From contig JBHGNT010000011.1 in NCBI GenBank assembly GCA_043228905.1, forward strand, positions 19,964,001 to 20,028,000: a stretch of 64,000 bases of DNA. The letters are read 5' to 3'. Below the pieces are notes generated by a model that ran no database searches, was not told the DNA's origin, and was given only the letters and a program-made list of their open reading frames with translations. Shown piece by piece: positions 46,948 through 57,442 of the stretch. Each line of letters starts with the position of its first letter. Positions within the stretch are counted from its first letter, which is position 1. The stretch comes from Azolla caroliniana (Eukaryota; Plantae; Polypodiophyta). Made by a program: the position numbers and the translations under genes.

Positions 46948-49064
46948 TCTCGGTTATCGGAACCGAGGGAGTCGCGGTTACGCTCGTGGTTCGGCCTAAC
47001 CGTAAAAAACTGGACCGAATGGCGGCCGTCCTGGCTCTTGACCCGCGCATAGGCCGAACCATTGTCCAGCACCTTGGTCTCCATTCGCGCCGCCGTGATG
47101 TACGGCTCTCCCAGTATGACCGGATGCGAAGACGTCTCCTGCACGAAGAAGTGCTGGTCAATCTCGACGTCGCCGATCTTGACTCGCACATTCGGACAGG
47201 CCCCGTGCAGTTCCTCGGTGGCGCGCGTTGCTGCCCTTATTTTCCACCCGTGCTTGGTGTTGATCGGCCATTTGCCCTTCTTATAGAAGTCCATGGACAT
47301 CAAATTGATCTCCGATCCGTGGTCCACCAAAGCTATCACCGGTTCCTGGACATCGCCGATCTTCACCGGGGTTTCCGTGGTCGCTCGGGCCCAGTGCGGT
47401 CTCGAATAGTGGCTTTCCGCCCACTCGTCTCCCAGCGCCATGTCGTCTAGGTGCGTCGTCCGCACTTCCACCGGTCTTTCCGGTTCTGTCTCCGTTGACA
47501 GCCTCTTCCGTTTCACCAAGTCCACGATGGAGTCGTGGAACTCCTTCTTGGCGATTCCAAGCACCTCCCGTAGCGACAGCTCCACCTTGCTGTCGAGGAT
47601 CCGTTCCTCCAGGACCTTTCGTAAGTCCGTGGTTCTTTCTATCTCCGTCCCCAGACGGTACCCGCCCTTCTGGGGTTTATCTTGCGTACCGGCCCTGCCG
47701 GCTTCGTCCCGTCGTGGCCCGGACCGGGTCTCGTATCGTTGTGAGGGCCCGGTCGTCCCGGGTTTTCCCACCCGCTTCTCTTCTACCAGAGCCTCGTAGT
47801 TCCGGCAAGCGGCTTCCACGAAGCCCGTCCTTTCCTCGACCGGGTCGCTCCACCCGGTCATCTCCCGTACCCGTTTCTCCGCACGGTCCGATTCCTCCCT
47901 TTTAAGCCCTGCACCGGCAAGGCCTTCCAGCATCGTCGGCCAGAATCCGGCTTTGCTTTCCTTTCGGGCCTCGCCGCCCCCGACTCGAATGCCGGCCGAC
48001 GCCGAGTAGTGGACGGTTTCCGCGTGTCGGGCCGCCGCCTCTTCCATCAACCTTTTCATACCACCCTTTCCGTCGTTTCGGCTCAGGGCCCTTCGGGTGT
48101 CGCTGGCATGCACCCGTCCTTCCCACAGGTACACCACCCGGTCCCTCAGCGCCTCCGCGAAGTCGCCGCAGTCCTTCCGAACGTGGCCGACTTCATCGCA
48201 CCACATGCACCTGTTTCCTGCCGCCGGCCGTCGGTCACGAGCCGGTTCGCCTCCTTCCCTTCGGGCCTGCGCGATTTGGAGGTCCTTTATCGCCTTCGTC
48301 AATTCCTCCAGCGCCGCTCCTCCGGTTGAGCCTCTGACTACGCCGGTCGAAGCCGAACCGGTTTCCAACCACTCCCGGGTCTCTTCCTTGCGCACCTGTG
48401 GCGCTGGTTCGAGCTTCCTTGCTGCGACCGAGCCCGACCCAGTCGCCCCGTTATCCGCCCATTCTCGCCGTTTGTCGAAACGGCCACAGACCTTCCTGAC
48501 AGCCGCCCAGTCGGTAGTGAGCCCGTCTTCGGTTTCCAGCAAGAGGCCCACTTGCTCCCGATCCCGCTCGTCGACCGACTTGACAAACAGCAAGACCCGG
48601 CTCGTGTCCAGGATGGTTCGGTCGAGCGCCGAAAGGCGCGCAAAGTTTTCCTCGAACTCCCGGAGGAGTGCCGACGCGTTTCTTCCCTTCCCCGGGGACT
48701 CCACCCATTCCATGAACCTTCGCTTCGAAAGCCGGAGCGCGTCGTCCAGCCCGTATTTCTCTAGGAGCCGACCTTCGAACTCCTCCCAGGTACGGCTCTC
48801 CGCCCGCACCTCGAGCACCTCCGCATGGATGCTCGGCATTGCCACTCGGGGAAAACCGGCAAGACGCCTTTCTTCCGGAATGTCCCGCATCAACATTTCT
48901 GCACCGTAGGACGCCAGATACTTCGTGGCATCCCTCCCATCGAACCGGCCGATCGTGCCGACGACCGCCTCAATAGCTCTGTCGAGGGCACCGGTACCCT
49001 CGCGCGCGTTTACGATCCGATCCACGGCCGAAGCCATGGCCTCTGCGAGATCCGACCCCCTCAT
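46938..49064 (-). CDS. G3 Gag-protease ORF
   Basis: First ATG ~23 nt after the PBS, CMWCDEVGHVRKDC knuckle, LVDHGSEIN...ILGEPY aspartic protease, ends REDF*. Confidence 0.93.
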   Translation of the reverse strand: MRGSDLAEAMASAVDRIVNAREGTGALDRAIEAVVGTIGRFDGRDATKYLASYGAEMLMRDIPEERRLAGFPRVAMPSIHAEVLEVRAESRTWEEFEGRLLEKYGLDDALRLSKRRFMEWVESPGKGRNASALLREFEENFARLSALDRTILDTSRVLLFVKSVDERDREQVGLLLETEDGLTTDWAAVRKVCGRFDKRREWADNGATGSGSVAARKLEPAPQVRKEETREWLETGSASTGVVRGSTGGAALEELTKAIKDLQIAQARREGGEPARDRRPAAGNRCMWCDEVGHVRKDCGDFAEALRDRVVYLWEGRVHASDTRRALSRNDGKGGMKRLMEEAAARHAETVHYSASAGIRVGGGEARKESKAGFWPTMLEGLAGAGLKREESDRAEKRVREMTGWSDPVEERTGFVEAACRNYEALVEEKRVGKPGTTGPSQRYETRSGPRRDEAGRAGTQDKPQKGGYRLGTEIERTTDLRKVLEERILDSKVELSLREVLGIAKKEFHDSIVDLVKRKRLSTETEPERPVEVRTTHLDDMALGDEWAESHYSRPHWARATTETPVKIGDVQEPVIALVDHGSEINLMSMDFYKKGKWPINTKHGWKIRAATRATEELHGACPNVRVKIGDVEIDQHFFVQETSSHPVILGEPYITAARMETKVLDNGSAYARVKSQDGRHSVQFFTVRPNHERNRDSLGSDNREDF

Positions 49065-49086
49065 CTTCTGCTCTTCTGCCGCCTCT

Positions 49087-49104
49087 TTCACGTCGGGTTC
49101 ACCA
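49087..49104 (-). promoter_or_regulatory. G3 primer-binding site complementary to tRNA-Trp(CCA) 3' end
   Basis: TGGTGAACCCGACGTGAA matches the plant tRNA-Trp 3' end TTCACGTCGGGTTCA-CCA (recalled sequence). Same PBS at 24611-24627, 53954-53971 and 63047-63064. Confidence 0.85.
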
Positions 49105-49907
49105 AAGATGTCGAGATATTACGCAAGTGCGTGTGGAATAGAGGCGGGACCGCGGGGGTCTCGAACCAAAGAGCAAGCGAGGGAGGAGAAAGAGAGAGAA
49201 CCGGCTACGCAGGACCGGGGATACACAGGGACACGGCCCTTCAGCACGGAGAACGCGAACAGACACCGACACAGACGGATGCGAATGACTAAATATGTGT
49301 ATTAACAAAATGGCTAACACGACTACAACCCCCGATGGGGCACAGGTTGGTTGCAACCGAACAGGCCGGCGAACAGATGCCGATGCCTGTTCGCTTCGAC
49401 GCACAAACGGGGAAATGGGGGGGGGTAGCAGGTCGGAGGTGCTGCCGGAAGCACTCGGGCGTTCCTCGAAACAGCGCGAGCCTCCCCGGAACCCTGCACA
49501 GAAAGCTTTGGAGCTCAAGAAGGAAGGAAACAGAGAGAGCGAAGCGTCCAGAAACGGTCCGACAGCACTTCGTCCTCTCCGCGCCAGATCCCTGCAACAG
49601 CTCTTTCCCGCTCCTTATATAGGCCGACGAACAGGCCGTCGTGTCAGCTTTATTCCCTGTCCCTTTTGGACAAGGATCCGCTCCGTTTTTCACGGATCCG
49701 CGTAGTTACGCCGCCGACTCGTACAGTTCGCGCGCGCGACCGAAAAGACTGTTCGCGCGGTCTTTGTCTCCACTTGAGTTAGGGCCCGTTCCTGCCGATT
49801 ATCCTCTCAATTCGTTTCTATGTACAACTCGGAGCGTGCGCGCGTGAAGAACCGGTTCCCACGCCTTGGTGCGCCGATTCCGCCTATGGACGGTTTTCTT
49901 CACGACA

Positions 49908-51315
49908 CCGGAGCATTCGGCTATGCCACCGAATTTGTCCTAAGAACCGGTTTAGTGCCTTTGCCGTGGTTGGTGCCGGTGCCTCCAAAATAGCTTTGAC
50001 CTTGTCCGGATCTACTGCAATACCGTCCTTGCTCACGATGTGGCCAAGTAATGCTCCGCTGGCCACTTTGAACACGCATTTTGCCGGGTTTAGGCTTAGT
50101 CGGTAAACCCTACATTTCTCCAAACATAGTCGGAGGTGCTAAAGGTGATCCCCTTTCCAGCTATAAACATCGAAGTCGTCCAAGAACACCTGCATGAATG
50201 CCGGAATGAATTCTCCGAAAATCTCCATGATGATCCGCTAGAAGGTTGTCGGCGCCGTTTTCAGTCCGAACATCATCACTACGGCAACAAAGACTCCCCA
50301 TTCGGTGACAAAAGCGGTTTTCTCCTGGTCGGCGGGGTGCATCCGGATCTGATTATAGCCGCTGAAACCGTCCAGAAAACTGTACACCTCATGACCGGCG
50401 ACCGCATCCAGGACTCCATCCGTGAATGGAAGTGGGAAGGCGTCTGTTACCGTAGCCGCATTCAATTTCCGGTAGTCGACGCACACTCTTATATTACCGT
50501 TCTTTTTCGGTACTACAACTATCGGACTGAGCCATGTGGCTTTCTTTACCAGTCGGATGAAGCCAACCCTTAGCAACTTGTCGATTTCTTCTTTGACTTT
50601 TGCTGAGTAATTCGGGTTCATCCGGTAACATCATTGCGCTACCGGTTTAGCGTCTTTACTCAGATGTATCTAGTGTTGATACAACTGAGGATTGAGTCCC
50701 CGCATGTCCTCGTAGGACCGGGCGAACACATCGCGAAATTCTTTTAGGAGTGTGATGATTGCCGTTTTGTTCTCCGGGGTCATTTCCTTGGCGATGTGCA
50801 CCGGTCTTGTGTCCTCTGTGGTACCTAGGTTTACCTCTTCTAGTTGGGATGCTTTTACGCGCTGCGACACCGCCATGTCTCTTTCCAGTGCCTCCTGTGC
50901 TTGTCGTAACTCCCGGATCGCTTCTTTATCCGGTTCCTCGTCGGTCCCGTCCGGTTGCAGTATGTACGATGATATTGCTTCGGCTACATCAATTTCGAAT
51001 AGAGGTACGATTTTCCGATTTTCTTGTAAGTATTGATCGACCTCTTCGTTTGCCAATCCTTCCAGCATGTTGACACATTCCGCATATAGCGGCGTCAATT
51101 CCTTGCCGGTACCGGACCGTGGTTGAGTCGATACTCACACTTTTGCTTTTCCAAACTGGAACGTAATTATATTCTTCCTTTAGTTTTGCTCGATGTGTGT
51201 TGTTTTTAACCAAGGGCGTCCCAACAATAGTGGGTAAGCTCCTTGAGCCTGTAGCTGGAGGACTACTGCCGAAATGCGAAATATGTGACCCTCGATGGTC
51301 ACTTTCAGATCGCGT
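49908..51315 (-). pseudogene. A1 pol: protease C-half and RT
   Basis: WLSPIVVVPKK, CVDYRKLN, FLDGFSGYNQI, MFGLKTAP, VFLDDF motifs with stops. Confidence 0.92.
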
Positions 51316-51375
51316 TGTCGCGTTGTTACACGCGTGCGCGTAGAAGGGCGGGACCACGGGGGTCTTGGATCGAGG

Positions 51376-51412
<37 letters not shown>

Positions 51413-52064
51413 TTCACAGACACGCAGAAGCGAGAAGGAGAGATATAGAACGGAACACTCGATTACAATAACAAGAGATTACAATAACACTTGATTACAA
51501 TAACTCCGACGGTTACAACCGGCAAGGCGGCGACGGACCCGACACGGGGACCCTACCCACGCACACAGACGGAACACACTGGACCCAGAGAAACGCAGAA
51601 GGAAAAGCCTATGCTGGCAGCGCACGGGCTACCCACGAAGCAGAGGCGTCGAACTCCCCTGTACCCACAGAGAATGACGGTCGAAGTAGGAGAGAGAGTT
51701 CGGCTCTCGGTCTTGCAGCACTTTGTCCTCCTTAACGCGCGATCCCTGTTCCTTCCTTCTCTCCCTCCTTAAATAGTTCCCCAAAAGGGGGTGCCCCTTT
51801 TTCCTTAGCCAAACTGCTTTATTCCCTGTCCCTGTCACACAAAATCCCCTAATAAATGTACACTACCTAGTATTTACACCAGTCGCCCTAATTACGAATT
51901 ATGTACAATATATCACTCCTTGCGTCCACCCGTGTAAGAGCCGGTTCATGCACCTTTTTCTTCGATTCTGCCTATGGCCGGTTTCCTTCACGACATCCAC
52001 CCCCACCAAACCGCGCATCCATCGGCATGCGCCAGAGACGGGTAGACACCGAAGAAAACCGGCT

Positions 52065-52874
52065 TCACTCGTCGTTCTCCGATTCTCCGCCGAACCCGAA
52101 CTGATCGTCGTTGTTACTCTTGCTCGCCGGCTCCGGCTCGTCTTCGAACCGCTTCTTGAACTCTTTGATCCACTTCTCGGCCACCGGCACAGCTAACCGT
52201 GTACCATCGAGTGCCGCGAGGTGGTACGTGCCGTTGTTGTTCGCACTCGTCACCATGTAGGGCCCGAACCACCTCCTAGCGAACTTTCGCACCGCCTTGT
52301 GCTGATTGTCGAGGCTGCTATCGTACACCAAGACCCAATCGCCTTCCTCGATCTTCTTTGGTCGCAACCGGTGCGTCTGGTTGAACCGGGTCTTGTTCTG
52401 CTCCCTTGCGGCCCGCAGCCTTTCCTTCGCCCGTTTCATGTCCTCCGGCCTCCGCTCGAGTTGCCGAATCCGCGCCGCCAGCAACTCCTCCCGGCTCATT
52501 TCGTCCTTCCAATCTACCGCCACCCATGAAGAAACCGTCCGTTCCACCGGCATGATCGGCTTATGTCCGTACATCAACTCTGCCGGCATAAACCCTGTTA
52601 CCGAACTGTGCGTAGTTCGGTCCGCCCATAGTGCGTAAGGGAGGAGCCGCGGCCAATTCCCGACCTGCCCTCCGCATGCACGCACCAACGCCTTTACGAT
52701 CGGCCCGTGCCCACGTTCTACCTTCCCGTTCGCCTCCGGATTGTACACCGTAGTGAGGGAGAGTTTAATGCCTAGCCGGTCGAACAACTCCTCAGCTTCC
52801 CGCGCATCCAGCTCTTCCCGGTCTGCCACGATCCTCCCGACGCACCCGTACCGACACACTACCTCTTCGATCAA
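52065..52874 (-). pseudogene. G4 truncated integrase (core second half plus GPY/F)
   Basis: CRYGCVGRIVADRE, YNPEANGKVERGH, RRWFGPY; homologous to the G3 integrase. Confidence 0.88.
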
Positions 52875-53324
52875 GAACCCTAGGTCTCACCCGGTTCGTT
52901 ACCCTAGGTCTCACGCGGGCACTCGGCCCGGCCGCCGGGGTCTCTTGAACCGGTGCGTGTAAGGTAGCAATGCCGCCGCTCGTCGATGCTATGCCCGTAG
53001 CCACCTCCATTCGGACATCGTCGTCCGTGGCTACCCCGCCTCCGTATATGCAAGCATCAATTATGCTTGCCGCCTCCTCTTCCACGGTCTCCATACCGTT
53101 GTCTCGGTTGCCCGCCTTGCCGCCGCCACCGCCCGTCGCTCTAGGTCTCACGCCGGCAATCGGGCCGACCGCCGGTGCCTCTAGGGCCGGTGTGTGTAAG
53201 GTCGCGGCATCGCCGCTTGTCTCCTCCTCACTCGATGTTTCGGGCCTCCATGCCTGAACTCCCTCATGTCACCGTCCCCGACCTCGTCCTCGGTCGATCT
53301 TTCTCCGTATGTCGAGAGGGTGGC

Positions 53325-53931
53325 TCACTCCGCACCCTCTCCCGTGGTACCGATGTACCATTCTCTCTCGGCCTCCTCATCCTCCGATCCGCTCGGGCCC
53401 GACTCCGCAATAAGCCCTTCTTTGGCTTCGATTTGTGCCTCTACGATCTCGTACGCTTCCCGCACCAAGGCTTCGATGTCGAGCTCCTCCGAACCTATTT
53501 GCGTTGAGCTCTCTTCCGACGGTAGTGCATAGTCGGTCACCGCTCTCTCTTCTACGCCGCTCGCGGGCCACCTTGTGGCCGACCGCCTCTCATCGCATTG
53601 TATGCACGCCCATTCCACCTCGTTCCAATCTTTAGTGAGGCCGTACGCCCCTTCATCGTCTTCGAGGTAGGGAAAAATGGCCATTCTCCCCCTTTCGTTG
53701 ACCGACTTCAAGAATAGTGGGACCTTGTCCGCCCCCATCGATTCTTGATCCCGGACTGAAAGTTGGGAAAACCGGAGATCGAACTCCCGGAATGCCTTCA
53801 TTGCGCTTCGAGGAGCCTTTGCCGACGACACCCATAGATCGAACTCACGTCGATCGTACTTGTATGCCTCTTCCTGTCGCGTAATCCCTTGCCATTCTCG
53901 TAATTACTTCTGCGATGTCTCCGTCTTCCAT
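53325..53931 (-). pseudogene. G4 shortened, frameshifted gag
   Basis: REFDLWVSS...FREFDLRFSQLS...LFLKSVNER aligns by eye to G3 gag. Confidence 0.7.
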
Positions 53932-55078
53932 CTCCTTCCTCCCTTGGCGCCTCTTCACGTCGGGTTCACCAAATATGTCGCGTTGCTACACGCGTGCGTG
54001 GAGAAGGGCGGGACCACGGGGGTCTTGGACTAAGGAGTAGAGGAGAAGGAATCGGACATGGAATGGAAGCTTTGCTCAAGAAGAAGAAGAATGAACAAGA
54101 GATTAGATCGAACAAGAGGAAGATGGAGACAAGATTATCAACAAGATATATTTAAAATGAAATGAACGATTACAAAATGGTGGCCGCACCAAACGACTAC
54201 TCGAAACCCTAACCGACAAAGATGAAGATAAAGATAAAGATAAAGAAACCCTAACCCTAACCCTAACACTCGACCTATGTGGTATACCTCACACACTCCA
54301 AATAGGCAACCCTCACAATGGTGCCTTCCCTCTCCTTTTATAGCACAAGGAGGGAAGACCGTTTACAAAAGTGAGACTAAAATGTCCCCTTTCATTCAAA
54401 GGGGATATTTGCCTTGATTTGGGGAGGGTGAGATTGATGGCCCCTTAACTCCCACCTCCACACAAACAACTAGGTACCTATGTACCGCATAGTACCTCTC
54501 TCTCTCTCTCTCGCGTGGATGTGCGCACAAGACCACATCACCTTTATACCTTAGGGATCCTATGGGGCATTTCTAGCACCATACACTTTACCCTTATTAC
54601 TATTACAAATACATTATGTACGTGTGCAACGTTGCACATCACTCTTTGGCTCTTGTTGCTAGGGTTTCCGCTTGTGGACGAAAATCTTCACGACAACGGG
54701 CTACCCACGAAGCAGAGGCGTCGAACTCCCCCGTACCCACAGAGAATGACGGTCGGAGCAGGAGAGAGAGTTCAGCTCTCGGTCCTGCAACACTTCGTCC
54801 TCCTTAACGTGCGATCCCTGTTCCTTCCTTCTCTCCCTTCTTACATAGTTCCCCAAAAGGGGGTGCCCCTTTTTCCTTAGCCAAACTACTTTATTCCCTG
54901 TCCCTATTGACAAAGATATGCACAAAATCCCCTAATAAATGTGCACTACCTAGTATTTACACCAGTCGCCCTAATTACGAATTATGTACAATATATCAAT
55001 CCTCGCGTCCACCCGTGTAAGAGCCGGTTCATGCGCCTTTTTCTTCGATTCCGCCTATGGCCGGTTTTCTTCACGACA

Positions 55079-57442
55079 ACGTATTAATCAAGTCGGCCAT
55101 ACTGAGCTTGTGTCTGCCATCTAAAGCCAAAACGGGCAGGGTTCCCAGTCATGGATTCCTAGAGTGTTACACGTTCGGAGGCTGATCATGTTCATGCCGG
55201 ATCCTCCATCAATAATCGTGCCGAGTAGCTCTTTTCCTTTCACGATGACTGTGATTGCCAGACTGGTCGTGTCTACCACTGTCGGTCCTTCCTCCGGATT
55301 TGAAAAGAATGCGGGAGCCACTGGCGTGTCGGCTGCCGTCCTTCCTATCTTCAATCCTTACGCGAAGCGTGGTACCATTTGCAATAGCCGGCCTAACGGC
55401 AACATTATTTGGCATTCTTGTAACGCTTGCCATGTTGGGTTTTCGGGCTGCCCTATGCCGGTAAGTTCTTCAACATTCTCCTTTTGTTGTTTGAGCTCTG
55501 CCACCTTTCGCTCGTTTGCCTTCTTTACCCATTCGGTTGCCTGCTTCCGGATGGCTTCTTGAGTTTCCCACTCCGTGGCTTTGCCTTTTAATCTTGTAGT
55601 GACTTGTTTACCATGTGTACCGCTGGTCGCTTGTCGTAGCTCTTCGTTGGACATTGGTTACTATAGTGGCCTTCTTGCCGGCAATAATAGCAGTACGCCT
55701 TCTGGGTGTTGCTGGATTCAGCGTTTGTGCCTGCACCCGGTTGAGGTCCTATGGTAAGTGCTTGGTTTTGGTCCAGTTGGCTGCTTGGAGCGCCCTTTTC
55801 CAGTTCCCGTGGATGACCCCCCTTTTTGTTGAAATGTCGTTTCTTGTTGAAATTCTTTTTGTGTTGGTAACCTTGACGGGGATGGTCGTCCTACTTGCCA
55901 TAGTCGTCCCGTCGTTGGTTGTAACCAGGGGAGTGATCCCGGTTGTATCCCTCGCACCGTCCATTATAGTCTCGGTATCTATCTTGTCTGTCATACCGGT
56001 CATAAGCGTCTCTTCGATCGTTGTACCGGACATCTTGTGCCGGCCGGTATCGCTCCTCTCGCCACCAACGTTCTTCTTCTTCCTCCCAGTTGCTTCGTGG
56101 TTCAATTTGCCAGACCGGTGGTGCTTGCCGATTTAACAAGTTATACTCACACCGTTCCATTGTGTGACTTTTGGAGTGGCAGAGCAAGCATTGGGAATGC
56201 ATGGTGCATTCCAGCGCCGAATGTCTAGCATTCAGGCATGTCGTACATTGAATTGCTTGCCGGAAACGAAGGTCCTCATCTGTCGGTAGTGCACGATGAA
56301 GTGCGCCCATGGTTAGCCATGAACTTGAGTTTTCCATTTCCCGCACTCGGTCGATTACTTGATCTATGTTGTTGGTGCGGAAATCAATGACGATGCACAC
56401 AGTTCGTAAGGGTTCCCGGAGTGCTGCTAAGAATATGGCCTTTATTTCTTCCTCCGGTGGTGTTTGGCTGAGCTAACTGTGGATCCGCTGGAACCGGATG
56501 ACAAACTGTTGAATGTTCTCCGTTGGTTCCTGCTGGATACTGTAAGTTAAGCCTACCATTTCCCGTTGGTCCATCTCCTTGTGAAAGAAATGCAAGAATT
56601 TTGTTTTTAATGTTTCAAACGTGGGGATGGTGCTGGGATCTTGTGTTCGGTGCCATCTGGCGGCCGGTTCCTCTAGGGTCATGCCGAACTTTGCCCTTTT
56701 TGAGCGTTCCTCTTTGGCCGCATTTAAGCGTTGGGACACATGGTTTGCCTCCCACGTTTGCTGAAACGCATGGACGTGAGCTTCCGCGTTCGGATCATCC
56801 CGGTATCTGGGATATTGGATCGACATATCGTCGTCTGGTGTCGGTACGCGGGTTGGTGGTGTCAGTGGTCTTTCCTCCTCCTCTGTCGGCGTCAGAGGTC
56901 TTTCCCAGTCTTCTATCGCCGTCAGAGGTCTTTCCTGCTCCTCTTTCGGTGTCAGAGGCTTTTCCTCGACTTCCGGTGTCGGAGGTATCTCGTCCTCGAC
57001 TTCTGGTTCCGGAGTGTGCTCGACTTCTGGTGCTGGAGGTTCCAGCGTTGTCAATTCTGGTTCTGGTGTCGGCAAGGTATCCAACTCCTCGTCCTCCGGT
57101 CCGTCTGGGGTGTCATTACTGTTGTGGTAGTTCGTCTGCGCAATGTATTCCCCGTCCGAACCCGATTCAAAAGCTGAAAATGCTTTGGATTCGCCCTTGG
57201 CCTGCTGCCAATGCCTAGAGAAGGGAATCCGCTTCCCGGAGGCTACTTAGGCTGCTTCCTTCGTCTAGGTAGTCGTTTTGTTGTAAACGAAGTGACTCCT
57301 TGGCAACTCTCCGGATCACTTTGGAAAATGAGAGATCCGCTCTGATTTCTTCTACCGCTTGCTGGAAAGCCTCTCGCTTCCTCATCCGTTCAGCAAGTCT
57401 CCTTGGTCGTTCCGTAACCGGGTCGTTCGTTGGTCGCGTCAT
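55079..57442 (-). pseudogene. A1 gag and protease N-half
   Basis: Retrotrans_gag-like AHVHAFQQTW...AARWH, two zinc knuckles (CTTC..H...C, CLLC..H...C), IIDGGSG protease; multiple stops and frameshifts. Confidence 0.85.

Larger units (their letters stand above)
42580..49907 (-). mobile_element. G3: intact full-length Ty3/Gypsy (7328 bp), tRNA-Trp primed, recent
   Basis: 799-bp LTRs 42580-43378 and 49109-49907 (2 differences seen). Perfect TSD CCGG; the host frame restores to SRMLRYLADL. PBS, PPT and two intact ORFs present. Confidence 0.97.
51316..55078 (-). mobile_element. G4: non-autonomous Gypsy (partial gag plus integrase 3' half) with unequal LTRs 51316-51995 and 53976-55078
   Basis: TGTCG...CGACA ends, TSD GCGT/ACGT (host frame restores to LIRDLKV), Trp PBS, PPT; no PR, RT or RH. 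Confidence 0.88.

Noticed and set aside
43291-49847. Long overlapping ORFs (up to 311 aa) over G3 and its LTRs
   Set aside because: Expected in high-GC sequence; no domains, and several are LTR-to-host chimeras.
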